Shown here piece by piece: positions 16,359 to 25,372 of a DNA stretch of 64,000 bases; the stretch's first letter is position 1; each line of letters begins with the position of its first letter. The notes beneath the pieces are model-generated. The model was not told the DNA's origin and did no database searches. It saw only the letters and a list, made by a program, of their open reading frames with translations. Source of the DNA: Erysipelotrichaceae bacterium (lineage in GTDB: Bacteria; Bacillota_I; Bacilli_A; Erysipelotrichales; Erysipelotrichaceae). The translations under genes and the position numbers were made by a program. The stretch is taken from positions 59,389 through 123,388 of the forward strand of contig JAAYSZ010000033.1 in NCBI GenBank assembly GCA_012523895.1, given 5' to 3'.

Positions 16359-19112
16359 ATGAGTAAAGGATTAACCAAAAAGATTTTAAACATCAACGGA
16401 GCAAAGAGAAGTATTCTTGTAAAAGGTGATGAAAAACTCTCAACTATACTCCGTGAGCGTCTTTTGCTCACAGGATGTAAAATCGGTTGTGGGGAAGGTC
16501 ACTGTGGAGCATGTAATGTAATTTTGGATGGCAAGGTTACAAGATCCTGTGTTGTACCTATTTCCAGAGTTCCAGATTTTGCGGAAATTACTACAATAGA
16601 AGGAATAGGTACGCTTGATAACTTACATCCACTTCAAGTTGCTTGGATGGCTTATGGATGTGCACAGTGTGGATTCTGCAGCCCTGGCTTTATTGTTAGT
16701 GCTAAGGTTTTATTAGATCAAAATCCTAGTCCTACAAGAGAAGAAGTTAGAGATTGGTTCCACAAATGTCGTAACCTTTGCAGATGTACTGGTTACAAGC
16801 CATTAATCGATGCTACTATGGCTGCAGCTGAGGTATTAAGAGGTGAAAAAACTAAAGAAGATCTTATGTTTACACCAACAGATAATCGTATACTTGGTAC
16901 CGACTATGTACGTCCTTCAGCAGCAATGAAGGTAACTGGAACTTGGGATTTTGGTGCTGATGATGCACTTTATATGCCACCAGATACTTTACGTTTAGCT
17001 CTTGTTCAAGCAGAAGTTTCACATGCTAATATTAAAGGTATCGATACTTCTGAAGCAGAGAAAATGCCTGGAGTTTACCAAATTATTACTGCAAAAGATG
17101 TTCCTGGTAAAAACCGTATCAACGGACTTGTTATGTTACCTTTAAATAACAAGTGTGATGGCTGGGATCGTCCAATACTTTGTGATGAAAAAGTATTCCA
17201 ATTTGGAGATGCAATTGCAATAGTAGCTGCAGATACTGAAGAAAATGCTAGAGCAGCCGCAAAAGCTGTAAAAGTTGATTTGGAAGTTCTTCCTGCATAT
17301 ATGAGTGTTCCTGAAGCACTAGCTCCTGATGCAATAGAAATTCATCCAGGAATTCCAAATGAATACTATGAAACAAATTGTATTAAAGGTCCAGATTTTG
17401 ATTGGGACAGTGTTCCTGAAGAAAATCAAGTTGAAATTGAAAGTTATTGTTCACGCCAACCTCACCTATATCTAGAACCAGATAATGGTTATGCATATAT
17501 TGATGAAGATGGTATGTTGACTATTCATTCAAAGAGTATAGGTATCCATTTACATATGCCTATGATTGCTGATGGTATTGGTGTAAGTATGGATAAACTA
17601 AGATTAGTTCAAAACAATGCTGGAGGAACATTTGGTTATAAGTTCTCTCCAACTAATGAGGCTTTATTAGGAGTTGCAGCATTTGTAACTAAGAGACCAG
17701 TTAGTTTGAACTTTAATATGTATCAATCAATCACATATACTGGAAAGAGAAGTCCAGGATTCATGAATATTAAGTTAGCAGCTGATGATGATGGAAAATT
17801 GCTTGCACTTTGGGGTCGCAATTACATTGACCATGGTCCATATTCAGAATTTGGTGACTTATTAACTCATAGACTTACTCAGTTTGTAGGTGCAGGTCTT
17901 GATATTCCAAGTATAAGAAATAAGAACTCAACAGTATTTACTAACCATGCATGGGGTTCAGCATTTAGAGCTTATGGTTCACCTCAAGCATTTATGGGAA
18001 GTGATATTGCTATTGATTGTCTAGCAGCTAAGATGGGAATAGATCCATTTGAAATGAGGGCTATGAACTGTTATAAGGAAAGCGAAGATTCTCGCACACC
18101 GACAGGTTGTAGACCAGATGTTTATTGCTTAGAAGGTCTTTATGATTTAGCTCGTCCTAAGTATCAAGAAGGTAAAAAGCGTGTAGAAGAAAAGAATGCT
18201 GCTTCTGATGGAAAAATCAAATACGGTATTGGAGTATCTTTAGGTATTTATGGTTGTGGTTTAGATAACTCAGATGTATCAGAGTGCTATGCAGACTTAC
18301 TAGAAGACAATACTGTACTTGTTAGAAACTCTTGGGAAGATCATGGACAAGGTGCTGATATTGCAACATTAACTGCAGCACATGAAGCACTAAGAGAAGC
18401 AGGATTTAAGCCAGAAGATATTAAATTATTCCAATGCGATACTAAGCATACGCCTAACTCAGGTCCAGCAGGAGGAAGCCGTTCTACTGTTATGACAGGT
18501 AATGCTACTCGTATTGCGTGTGAAAATTTAGTTAAAGCAATGAGAAAAGAAGATGGAACATACAGAACTTATGCGGAAATGAAAGAAGAAGGAATAGATA
18601 CTCATGCAAAAGGTGTATACACTTACACTGCTTCAGTTTCACTTAACCAAGAAACTGGACAAGGAGAACCATTCCCAGCATATATGTATAGTATCTTCCT
18701 ACCTGAAGTTGCAGTTGATACTGAAACAGGTAAAGTTAAGGTTGAAAAGTTCACTTGTGTTGCTGATGTAGGAACTATATTAAATAAGACAACAGTTGAT
18801 GGTCAATTCTATGGTGGTCTAGTTCAAGGTATAGGTCTTGCATTAACAGAGGATTTTGAAGATCTTAATAAACATACATCACTTATAAGATGTGGAATTC
18901 CTTATCCATTAGATGCACCAGATGATATGGAAATTATCTATCAAGAAACATATCGTCCAAACAGCTTATTTGGAGCTGCAGGTTGTGGGGAAGCACCACT
19001 TGATGCACCTCACCCAGCTATACTAAACGCTATATATAATGCTACTGGCGCACGTATAACTAGAGTTCCTGCAAAACCAGAGGTTGTTCTAGAAGCATTA
19101 AAAAATATATAA
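16359..19112 (+). CDS. mop: molybdopterin (MCD)-dependent aldehyde oxidoreductase, Desulfovibrio gigas MOP type (2x[2Fe-2S] plus Moco domains, no FAD domain)
   Basis: CGEGHCGAC and CAQCGFCSPG cluster motifs. Long collinear identity with my recollection of D. gigas MOP (NLHPLQ.AW, GFCSPGFIVSAK.LLD, VSHANIKGIDTSEA, GWDRPILCDEKVFQ.GD, DHGPYSEFGDLLT, WEDHGQGADI, PNSGP.GGSR). 917 aa. Confidence 0.9.
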   Translation: MSKGLTKKILNINGAKRSILVKGDEKLSTILRERLLLTGCKIGCGEGHCGACNVILDGKVTRSCVVPISRVPDFAEITTIEGIGTLDNLHPLQVAWMAYGCAQCGFCSPGFIVSAKVLLDQNPSPTREEVRDWFHKCRNLCRCTGYKPLIDATMAAAEVLRGEKTKEDLMFTPTDNRILGTDYVRPSAAMKVTGTWDFGADDALYMPPDTLRLALVQAEVSHANIKGIDTSEAEKMPGVYQIITAKDVPGKNRINGLVMLPLNNKCDGWDRPILCDEKVFQFGDAIAIVAADTEENARAAAKAVKVDLEVLPAYMSVPEALAPDAIEIHPGIPNEYYETNCIKGPDFDWDSVPEENQVEIESYCSRQPHLYLEPDNGYAYIDEDGMLTIHSKSIGIHLHMPMIADGIGVSMDKLRLVQNNAGGTFGYKFSPTNEALLGVAAFVTKRPVSLNFNMYQSITYTGKRSPGFMNIKLAADDDGKLLALWGRNYIDHGPYSEFGDLLTHRLTQFVGAGLDIPSIRNKNSTVFTNHAWGSAFRAYGSPQAFMGSDIAIDCLAAKMGIDPFEMRAMNCYKESEDSRTPTGCRPDVYCLEGLYDLARPKYQEGKKRVEEKNAASDGKIKYGIGVSLGIYGCGLDNSDVSECYADLLEDNTVLVRNSWEDHGQGADIATLTAAHEALREAGFKPEDIKLFQCDTKHTPNSGPAGGSRSTVMTGNATRIACENLVKAMRKEDGTYRTYAEMKEEGIDTHAKGVYTYTASVSLNQETGQGEPFPAYMYSIFLPEVAVDTETGKVKVEKFTCVADVGTILNKTTVDGQFYGGLVQGIGLALTEDFEDLNKHTSLIRCGIPYPLDAPDDMEIIYQETYRPNSLFGAAGCGEAPLDAPHPAILNAIYNATGARITRVPAKPEVVLEALKNI

Positions 19113-19150
19113 TATAGTCAGAGATATACCTGGCTAAAAGTATAATTTTA

Positions 19151-19184
19151 AAAGAGGCAGGGTATACTGCCTCTTTGTTTATTT
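19151..19184 (+). terminator. rho-independent terminator after mop
   Basis: AAAGAGGCAG pairs with CTGCCTCTTT around a GGTATA loop, followed by GTTTATTT. Confidence 0.7.
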
Positions 19185-19228
19185 AATCCGTTTTCTAACA
19201 ATGTATTGCAAAAGAATGGAGATAATTT

Positions 19229-21529
19229 ATGGATCATTTTAAAGAAAGATCTACTAGAGATTACTTTCAAAAAAAGCTCTATACTATGGAGGAACTTTTT
19301 AAGCGTGAAAATCGTTGTATTTATGAAGAACCTGCATTTTGTCATGCGGCGTGTCCTCTGGGTTTAGATGCAAAAAAACTTGCATTTTTCATTGAAAAAG
19401 GAGCTTTTTCTGATGCACGTGCAATGCTTGAACACATAACTCCTTTTCCTATGATACTTGCTTATGGTTGTGATGCACCTTGTGAAAAAGCTTGTAGGAT
19501 GAATGAAGTAGGAGAAGGTATTAATATAAGAGGACTTGAACGTGCAGCAATGTATCATGGATCACCAAAGGGTGGAAAAGGATTGTTTAAATTTAAGAAA
19601 AAACAAAAGGCAGCGGTTTTTGGTTCTGATTTATTTTCACTTTTTTTAGCTGGTGAATTAGCTAGGAAAAGCTATCCTACAAGTTTCTATGTAAATCAAA
19701 AAGATGCAATTTCTCTATTAAAAGACTGTGCTCCTTTTTTATTAAAAGATGATTTAGTTAATGAAGCTAAAAGACTTGAAAATATGGATATAAAAATATT
19801 ATATTCTTCTAATCTTACAAAAGAGTTTTTTGAAAGTGAGAAAGATAATTTTGATATAATTGCAACTTCACGTAGTTTTTTAGATATGTGTTTTCCAAAT
19901 GATATTCCTAACAAGGAAACTTTATTAGCGCCTATTTCTAATATTCTAAGTTCTCAAGATAGTAATCCAAGTGTTTTACAATCTATTTTTGATGCAAGAA
20001 GAGCGGGAGTTTCTGTAGATCGTATATCTCAAGGATTAGACCCTGCAAGCTCTCGTGGAGAAGAGGGTTCTAGAGAATCAAGACTTTATACAAATATGAA
20101 TGAAGCTATACCATCAAATCAAATTTATGAACCAGAAAATGGATATATTACTAAAGAAGCAATAGAAGAAGCTTCACGTTGTATACAATGTAAATGTGAA
20201 GAATGTATAAAACATTGTGTTTTCTTACAAGATACTGGTAAATATCCTAAAAAGCTAACACGTGAAATATTCAATAATGTAGATATTATAATGGGCGATC
20301 ACATGATGAATAAAACAATAAATTCTTGTTCTTTGTGTGGACAGTGTACTGTTACATGTCCTAATGGTTATGACATGGCTGAAATTTGTTTAGATGCTAG
20401 AGAAAATATGGTTAGTACAACTAAGATGGCTTTGGCTTATCATGAATTTGCTCTTTTAGATATGCTTTTTTCAAACAATGAAGCTTTTCTTTCTAAACCT
20501 CAAGTAGGATATGAAAAGTGTAAATATGTATTTTTTCCAGGTTGTCAAGCTGGGGCTATAGCTCCTGATGCTGTATTTAAAGCTTATGTTGATTTGTCAA
20601 AAAGACTTGATGGAGGAGTGGGGCTTATAAATGGCTGTTGTGGTGCTATAGCTAAATGGGCTGGTAGAACTGCAATTTATGAAGAATGCGAAGAACAATT
20701 AAAAAATGAAATTAATAAATTAGGAAATCCTTTAATAATAGCTGCTTGTCCTACATGTAAAAAAACACTAGAAGAAATGCTTAAAATAGAAGTTAAAGGG
20801 ATATGGGATGTTCTTAATGAAATAGGTTTACCAAAAGGTGCCTTAGAATATGATAGACCTCTTATCATGCACGATTCTTGTAGTGCTAGAGGAGATAGTG
20901 ATATGCAAGCTTCTATACGTAAACTTACAAATAGTTTAGGTTGTACATTAAAGGATGTTCCATACAATGGTGATATGAGTGAGTGTTGTGGTTATGGAGG
21001 GCTTGTAAGTTATGTAAATAAGGAACTTGCATCTAAGATGGCTCAAAGTTGTACTAAGGATGAAGATGTGCCTTTTATTAGTTATTGTATGGCTTGTCGT
21101 GATCGTTTTGCTAGAGAAAAAAGAGAGAGCATGCATGTACTAGAATTAGTTTATGCAGCACCTGCAGGTAATCCACCTGATATTTCTAAAAAGCGAAAAA
21201 ACAGGTTAAGTTTAAAGAGAAAGTTATTAGAAGAAATATGGAAAGAGGAGGTCATAGTGATAAATCCTGAATATAAGATAGTAATATCAGAAGATGTAGC
21301 TAAAATTCTTGATGAGCGTATGATACTAGAAGAAGATGTATATTCTGTTATAGAAGCTTATCATGAAGATGGAAGTGCTGTTTATGATGAAATAGATGGT
21401 ACACTTACAAGTTCTTTAAGAAAGGGTAATGTTACATTTTGGCTTAAATTTAAAAAGGATGAACCTGATGTGTATATTATTCTTGGAGCATATAGCCACC
21501 GTATGAAGGTGAGAGTGAGGTATGAATGA
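19229..21529 (+). CDS. multidomain Fe-S protein: GltD-like N-terminal cluster domain, degenerate dinucleotide-fold remnant, 2x ferredoxin-type motifs, two HdrD/GlpC-type CCG repeats, and a C-terminal domain of unknown function
   Basis: CHAACP...GCDAPCEKAC; AAVFGSDLFSLFLAG in place of GxGxxG; CIQCKCEECIKHC and CSLCGQCTVTCP; FPGCQAG...CCGAIAKW and HDSCSARG...ECCGYGG. Confidence 0.7.
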   Translation: MDHFKERSTRDYFQKKLYTMEELFKRENRCIYEEPAFCHAACPLGLDAKKLAFFIEKGAFSDARAMLEHITPFPMILAYGCDAPCEKACRMNEVGEGINIRGLERAAMYHGSPKGGKGLFKFKKKQKAAVFGSDLFSLFLAGELARKSYPTSFYVNQKDAISLLKDCAPFLLKDDLVNEAKRLENMDIKILYSSNLTKEFFESEKDNFDIIATSRSFLDMCFPNDIPNKETLLAPISNILSSQDSNPSVLQSIFDARRAGVSVDRISQGLDPASSRGEEGSRESRLYTNMNEAIPSNQIYEPENGYITKEAIEEASRCIQCKCEECIKHCVFLQDTGKYPKKLTREIFNNVDIIMGDHMMNKTINSCSLCGQCTVTCPNGYDMAEICLDARENMVSTTKMALAYHEFALLDMLFSNNEAFLSKPQVGYEKCKYVFFPGCQAGAIAPDAVFKAYVDLSKRLDGGVGLINGCCGAIAKWAGRTAIYEECEEQLKNEINKLGNPLIIAACPTCKKTLEEMLKIEVKGIWDVLNEIGLPKGALEYDRPLIMHDSCSARGDSDMQASIRKLTNSLGCTLKDVPYNGDMSECCGYGGLVSYVNKELASKMAQSCTKDEDVPFISYCMACRDRFAREKRESMHVLELVYAAPAGNPPDISKKRKNRLSLKRKLLEEIWKEEVIVINPEYKIVISEDVAKILDERMILEEDVYSVIEAYHEDGSAVYDEIDGTLTSSLRKGNVTFWLKFKKDEPDVYIILGAYSHRMKVRVRYE

Positions 21530-21747
21530 CAGACAATAAAGTATACTACACTGTAGAAACTGGGGATAATCTTATTTGTCAAAAATGTGGTATTCCTTTG
21601 GTGAAGACTGAAGCAGTTTTTGAGTATTTAAATAATTCATTTCCTGTTGAACTTCCTGCTTGTCCTAAATGTGGTTTTGTATATGTTCCAGAGGATTTAG
21701 CATTAGGAAAAGTTCTTTCTGTAGAGAAGGTATTAGAGGATAAGTAA
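21526..21747 (+). CDS. 73-aa CxxC...CxxC zinc-ribbon/rubredoxin-like protein (recalled as the DVU_1557-family redox protein)
   Basis: CQKCG and CPKCG pairs. An ATGA overlap with the upstream gene indicates translational coupling. Confidence 0.6.
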   Translation: MTDNKVYYTVETGDNLICQKCGIPLVKTEAVFEYLNNSFPVELPACPKCGFVYVPEDLALGKVLSVEKVLEDK

Positions 21748-22316
21748 TGGATGCATTAAAGTCTTCATGTTTAAATAAAAAAAATGAAAGACATCCTGGA
21801 GGATATGATACAACAATGTATTTAATTAAACTTTCAAGTATAGAACCATGTAAGATTTTAGATATGGGTGCTGGAAGTGGAACTACTGTAAAGCTTTTAA
21901 AAAAACTGGGATTTGATGCTTTTGGGATTGATTTAAATCCTGGAGAAGGTGTAGAAAAAGGAGATATGTTAAATACGAATTTTTCTAATGAAAGTTTTGA
22001 TGCAATTATTTCAGAATGTTCATTTTTTATTACAAAAGATTCTTGTAAAGTTCTTAAAGAAGCTAATAGGATTCTTAAAAAGGGTGGAAAACTTCTTCTA
22101 TCAGATATATTTTATGGTGATGAAAAAGAACTTTGTAAATTCTTAATGGAAGGTGGATTTAAACCTTTACTGTATAAGGATATTACTGACAAGTGGAAAC
22201 ATTATTATATAGAAAGAATATGGGATGGAACTGCAGATGAATTTTGTAATTTAAAACATGATAGTTATAGTATTAAAAAATTTAGATATTTTTTAAGTGT
22301 CAGTGAAAGGATGTGA
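21747..22316 (+). CDS. class I SAM-dependent methyltransferase (recalled as the DVU_1556 family)
   Basis: Motif I ILDMGAGSGTT and motif post-I FGIDL. TAATG overlap with the upstream gene. Confidence 0.7.
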   Translation: MDALKSSCLNKKNERHPGGYDTTMYLIKLSSIEPCKILDMGAGSGTTVKLLKKLGFDAFGIDLNPGEGVEKGDMLNTNFSNESFDAIISECSFFITKDSCKVLKEANRILKKGGKLLLSDIFYGDEKELCKFLMEGGFKPLLYKDITDKWKHYYIERIWDGTADEFCNLKHDSYSIKKFRYFLSVSERM

Positions 22317-22321
22317 ATTTT

Positions 22322-22747
22322 ATGAGTGATATTTTCGAAAGGATATTAGAATATTCTCAAAAAGGTTATTCTTGTTCACAGGTTATGTTATTGATTGCTC
22401 TTGAAAGTGAGGGTAAGGAAAATCAGGACTTGGTTCGTGCGGTAGCTGGTTTAAGAAGAGGACTTGGTGGAACAGGTGGAGTTTGTGGAGTTCTTAGTGG
22501 TGGAATGTGTTTTTTAAGCTATTTTGGTGGAAAAGGTAGTGATGACGAAGTAGAAAATGAAAATTTAAAAATCATGTATAAAGAACTTTATAATTGGTTT
22601 GTTGAATATACTGCTGAATATGGTGGTATTAATTGTAAACAAATAATAGCTGATGATTCACGTAACTATGTACAACGTTGTCCAATACTAATTAGAGATA
22701 CATTAGAACAATGTATCTCTATCTTACAAAAATACGATTTAATATAA
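22322..22747 (+). CDS. C_GCAxxG_C_C family protein (recalled as the DVU_1555 family)
   Basis: GYSCSQ...GGVCGVLSGG...NCKQII...RCP pattern. I prefer ATG 22322, 10 nt after GAAAGGA, over the track GTG at 22313. Confidence 0.7.
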   Translation: MSDIFERILEYSQKGYSCSQVMLLIALESEGKENQDLVRAVAGLRRGLGGTGGVCGVLSGGMCFLSYFGGKGSDDEVENENLKIMYKELYNWFVEYTAEYGGINCKQIIADDSRNYVQRCPILIRDTLEQCISILQKYDLI

Positions 22748-22772
22748 ATAATTTATTTTAGGAGGTTTTTAA

Positions 22773-24104
22773 GTGATTGAAATTATTTCAAAAACTAAAA
22801 GTGTTTGCCCTATATGTCTTAAACGCATAGATGCAAATAAGATAGTAGGAAAAGATGGATATATTTATATGCAAAAGTCTTGTTTTGAACATGGAGATTT
22901 TGAAACTCTTATTTGGGAAGGAGATTTAAAAAGTTATTTAGATTGGGCAAAATTATCTAAAGAAGGATTGTCACCTACCAACACAAAAAAATCTGAAAAG
23001 GGTTGCCCTTATGATTGTGGGCTTTGTGAAAATCATAAAAGTGAAAGTTGTTGTGTTCTTTTAGAATTAACAAATAGATGTAATCTTAAATGTCCTGTGT
23101 GTTTTGCGACAGCTGGAGAAGGTGTAGAAAAAGATTTGAGTTTAAAAGAGATAGAGACTCAATTTGATATGTTACTAAAAAGAAAAACACGTAAAGGACT
23201 TTTTAATATACAGCTTTCAGGAGGAGAACCGACATTAAGAGATGATTTAGCTGATATTATTGCTCTTGGAAGAAAAAAAGGTTTTTCTTATTTTCAATTA
23301 AATACTAATGGTGTAAGAATAGCTAAAGAAACAGGTTACGCAAAATATTTAAAAGATGCAGGAGTATCTAGTGTGTTTTTACAGTTTGATGGACTTAGGG
23401 ATTCTACATATAAAATCTTACGTGGAATACCTCTTTTAGATATAAAATTAAAAGCAATAGAATATTGTGCAAAAGTTGGGCTGGGTGTAGTTCTTGTCCC
23501 TACTGTAACTTTTAATGTAAATGAAGATGAGATAGGAGCTATTATTGATTTTGCACAAAGTAAGCATCCTGCAATAAGAGGTGTTCATTTTCAACCACTT
23601 AGCTATTTTGGTAGATGTGAGTTAGAAAGTAGAACTAAAATAACTATTCCACGTATGCTAAAACATATTGAAGAACAAAGTTTTAATAAAATAAAAGCTA
23701 GTGATTTTTCAGGTGGAGGAGCTGAGAGTCCATATTGTTCTTTTCATGCAAGTTATAGAAGGATGAGTGATGGAACATTTAAGTCATTACCTAAAAAACA
23801 AGATCAATCATGTTGTGATGTTTCAAATGCAAGAAATTTTGTTTCAAGACAATGGAGTGGTCCTAGTATTGTGGGTAATACAACTTCTTGTTGTTCTACT
23901 AAAGATCCATTTGATGAATTTATAGAAAATACAATTAGAGATACATTTACAATATCTGGGATGGTTTTTCAAGATGCATATGATTTAGATCTTGAAAGAC
24001 TTAGACGTTGTAAAATTTGTGAGGTAGATAGTGAATATGGAATGGTTCCTTTTTGTTCATATAATCTTACAAATATAAAGGGAGAGGCTTTATATAGAAA
24101 ATGA
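22773..24104 (+). CDS. radical SAM protein with an N-terminal Cys-rich zinc-ribbon-like motif and a Cys-rich C-terminal region (recalled as TrsS; this copy is the Cys form, not the Sec form)
   Basis: CPICLKRIDA...CFEHGD; CNLKCPVC (CX3CX2C); LSGGEPTL; C-terminal SCCDVS...SCCSTKD...CKICE. GTG start 7 nt after AGGAGG. Confidence 0.75.
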   Translation: MIEIISKTKSVCPICLKRIDANKIVGKDGYIYMQKSCFEHGDFETLIWEGDLKSYLDWAKLSKEGLSPTNTKKSEKGCPYDCGLCENHKSESCCVLLELTNRCNLKCPVCFATAGEGVEKDLSLKEIETQFDMLLKRKTRKGLFNIQLSGGEPTLRDDLADIIALGRKKGFSYFQLNTNGVRIAKETGYAKYLKDAGVSSVFLQFDGLRDSTYKILRGIPLLDIKLKAIEYCAKVGLGVVLVPTVTFNVNEDEIGAIIDFAQSKHPAIRGVHFQPLSYFGRCELESRTKITIPRMLKHIEEQSFNKIKASDFSGGGAESPYCSFHASYRRMSDGTFKSLPKKQDQSCCDVSNARNFVSRQWSGPSIVGNTTSCCSTKDPFDEFIENTIRDTFTISGMVFQDAYDLDLERLRRCKICEVDSEYGMVPFCSYNLTNIKGEALYRK

Positions 24105-25300
24105 AAAAATCTGCTTTAGATAAATGGATATGTGAAAAAGAGAATATTAGTTATTTAACTAGAGACATATTAGATGAATTACAGTTAACTAAGTTAAATA
24201 AACTTTTATCAAGGGTGAAAAAGCGTAAGGGATTTTATTCTTGTTTACCAGAGTATCTAACTAGTTTAAAAGAATTAGAAAATTTACCTTTTACAACTAC
24301 AAAGGAATTAGCTGAAAATGCATCTTCTTTACTTTTAAGTTCTCAATCGGAAGTAAGTAGAGTTATTTCAGGTTCTACAAGTGGAACCACAGGTCCTTCT
24401 AAAAGGATCTTTTATTCTGATAAAGATTTAGATAATACTTTAACTTTTTTTGCGGCTGGTATATCTGAGATGGTATCAGAAGGTGAAAGTGTTTTGATTA
24501 CCATGCCTTTTTCTGGAGGATTAGGTGAACTTATCGCAAAAGCGGTGGAATCTCTTGGTGCTAGGCCTATTAGAGCAGGTTCAAACTTAACTTATGGAGA
24601 GCTTTGTGAAATTATGAAACAAGAGTGTCCTAGTTCATATATAGGTATGCCTATACCTTTACTTTCTTTACTTAGATTTTGTAATGGAAAATCCACTTTA
24701 AAAAGTGCTTTAGTTTCTGCGGATGTATGTTCTTCTTTAGTTCAAAAAGAAATTGAAAACTTACTTGGTAGTAAACTTTTTCCTCATTATGGACTTAGAG
24801 AATCTTGTCTTGGAGGTGCTATTACATGTAAAGCTCATAAAGGTATGCATGTAAGAGAAAATCATATAATTCCTGAAATAATAGGAAAAAATGGAAGACC
24901 TGTTGAAAATGGTGAGTATGGAGAGTTGGTTATAACAACTATTGGAATGGAGTTAATGCCACTTATTAGATATAAAACTGGTGATAGAGCTTGTATATTA
25001 TCAAAACCATGTCCTTGTGGATCAGTGTGTGTAAGGATAGAAGTAGAAGGACGAATGGATGATAAATTACGAATGTCAGATATTGATGATGTATTATTTG
25101 ATATAAAAGAATTGATAGATGTAAAAGCTAAATTTATAGGAAATACATTAGAGGTTAGTGCATATGTTTTAAAAGATAATGAAACACAAAAAGAGATTCA
25201 AAAACGTATTTCTTTGTTATGTCCTAATAATAAAATAAATATTGAAGTTTGTGATAATAATTGTAAATCTTTATATTTAGGAAAAAGAATAATTGAATAA
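24101..25300 (+). CDS. PaaK / coenzyme-F390-synthetase-like AMP-forming adenylating ligase (recalled as the DVU_1553 family)
   Basis: SGSTSGTTGPSKRIFYS AMP-binding P-loop and YKTGDRA. 399 aa, the size of a phenylacetate-CoA-ligase-type enzyme. ATGA overlap with the rSAM gene. Confidence 0.75.
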   Translation: MKKSALDKWICEKENISYLTRDILDELQLTKLNKLLSRVKKRKGFYSCLPEYLTSLKELENLPFTTTKELAENASSLLLSSQSEVSRVISGSTSGTTGPSKRIFYSDKDLDNTLTFFAAGISEMVSEGESVLITMPFSGGLGELIAKAVESLGARPIRAGSNLTYGELCEIMKQECPSSYIGMPIPLLSLLRFCNGKSTLKSALVSADVCSSLVQKEIENLLGSKLFPHYGLRESCLGGAITCKAHKGMHVRENHIIPEIIGKNGRPVENGEYGELVITTIGMELMPLIRYKTGDRACILSKPCPCGSVCVRIEVEGRMDDKLRMSDIDDVLFDIKELIDVKAKFIGNTLEVSAYVLKDNETQKEIQKRISLLCPNNKINIEVCDNNCKSLYLGKRIIE

Positions 25301-25372
25301 ATTGTATTTATTATTTGCTTATGTTTAGATTTTATATAAAATAAAAGCTAAAGAATATTGTGGAGATTAAAA

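Noticed and set aside
22773-24104. Possible selenocysteine recoding in the radical-SAM gene (a family I recall as sometimes being a selenoprotein) or in mop.
   Set aside because: Both reading frames are uninterrupted, with no in-frame TGA. This copy is a Cys-type protein, and I found no SECIS-like context to examine.
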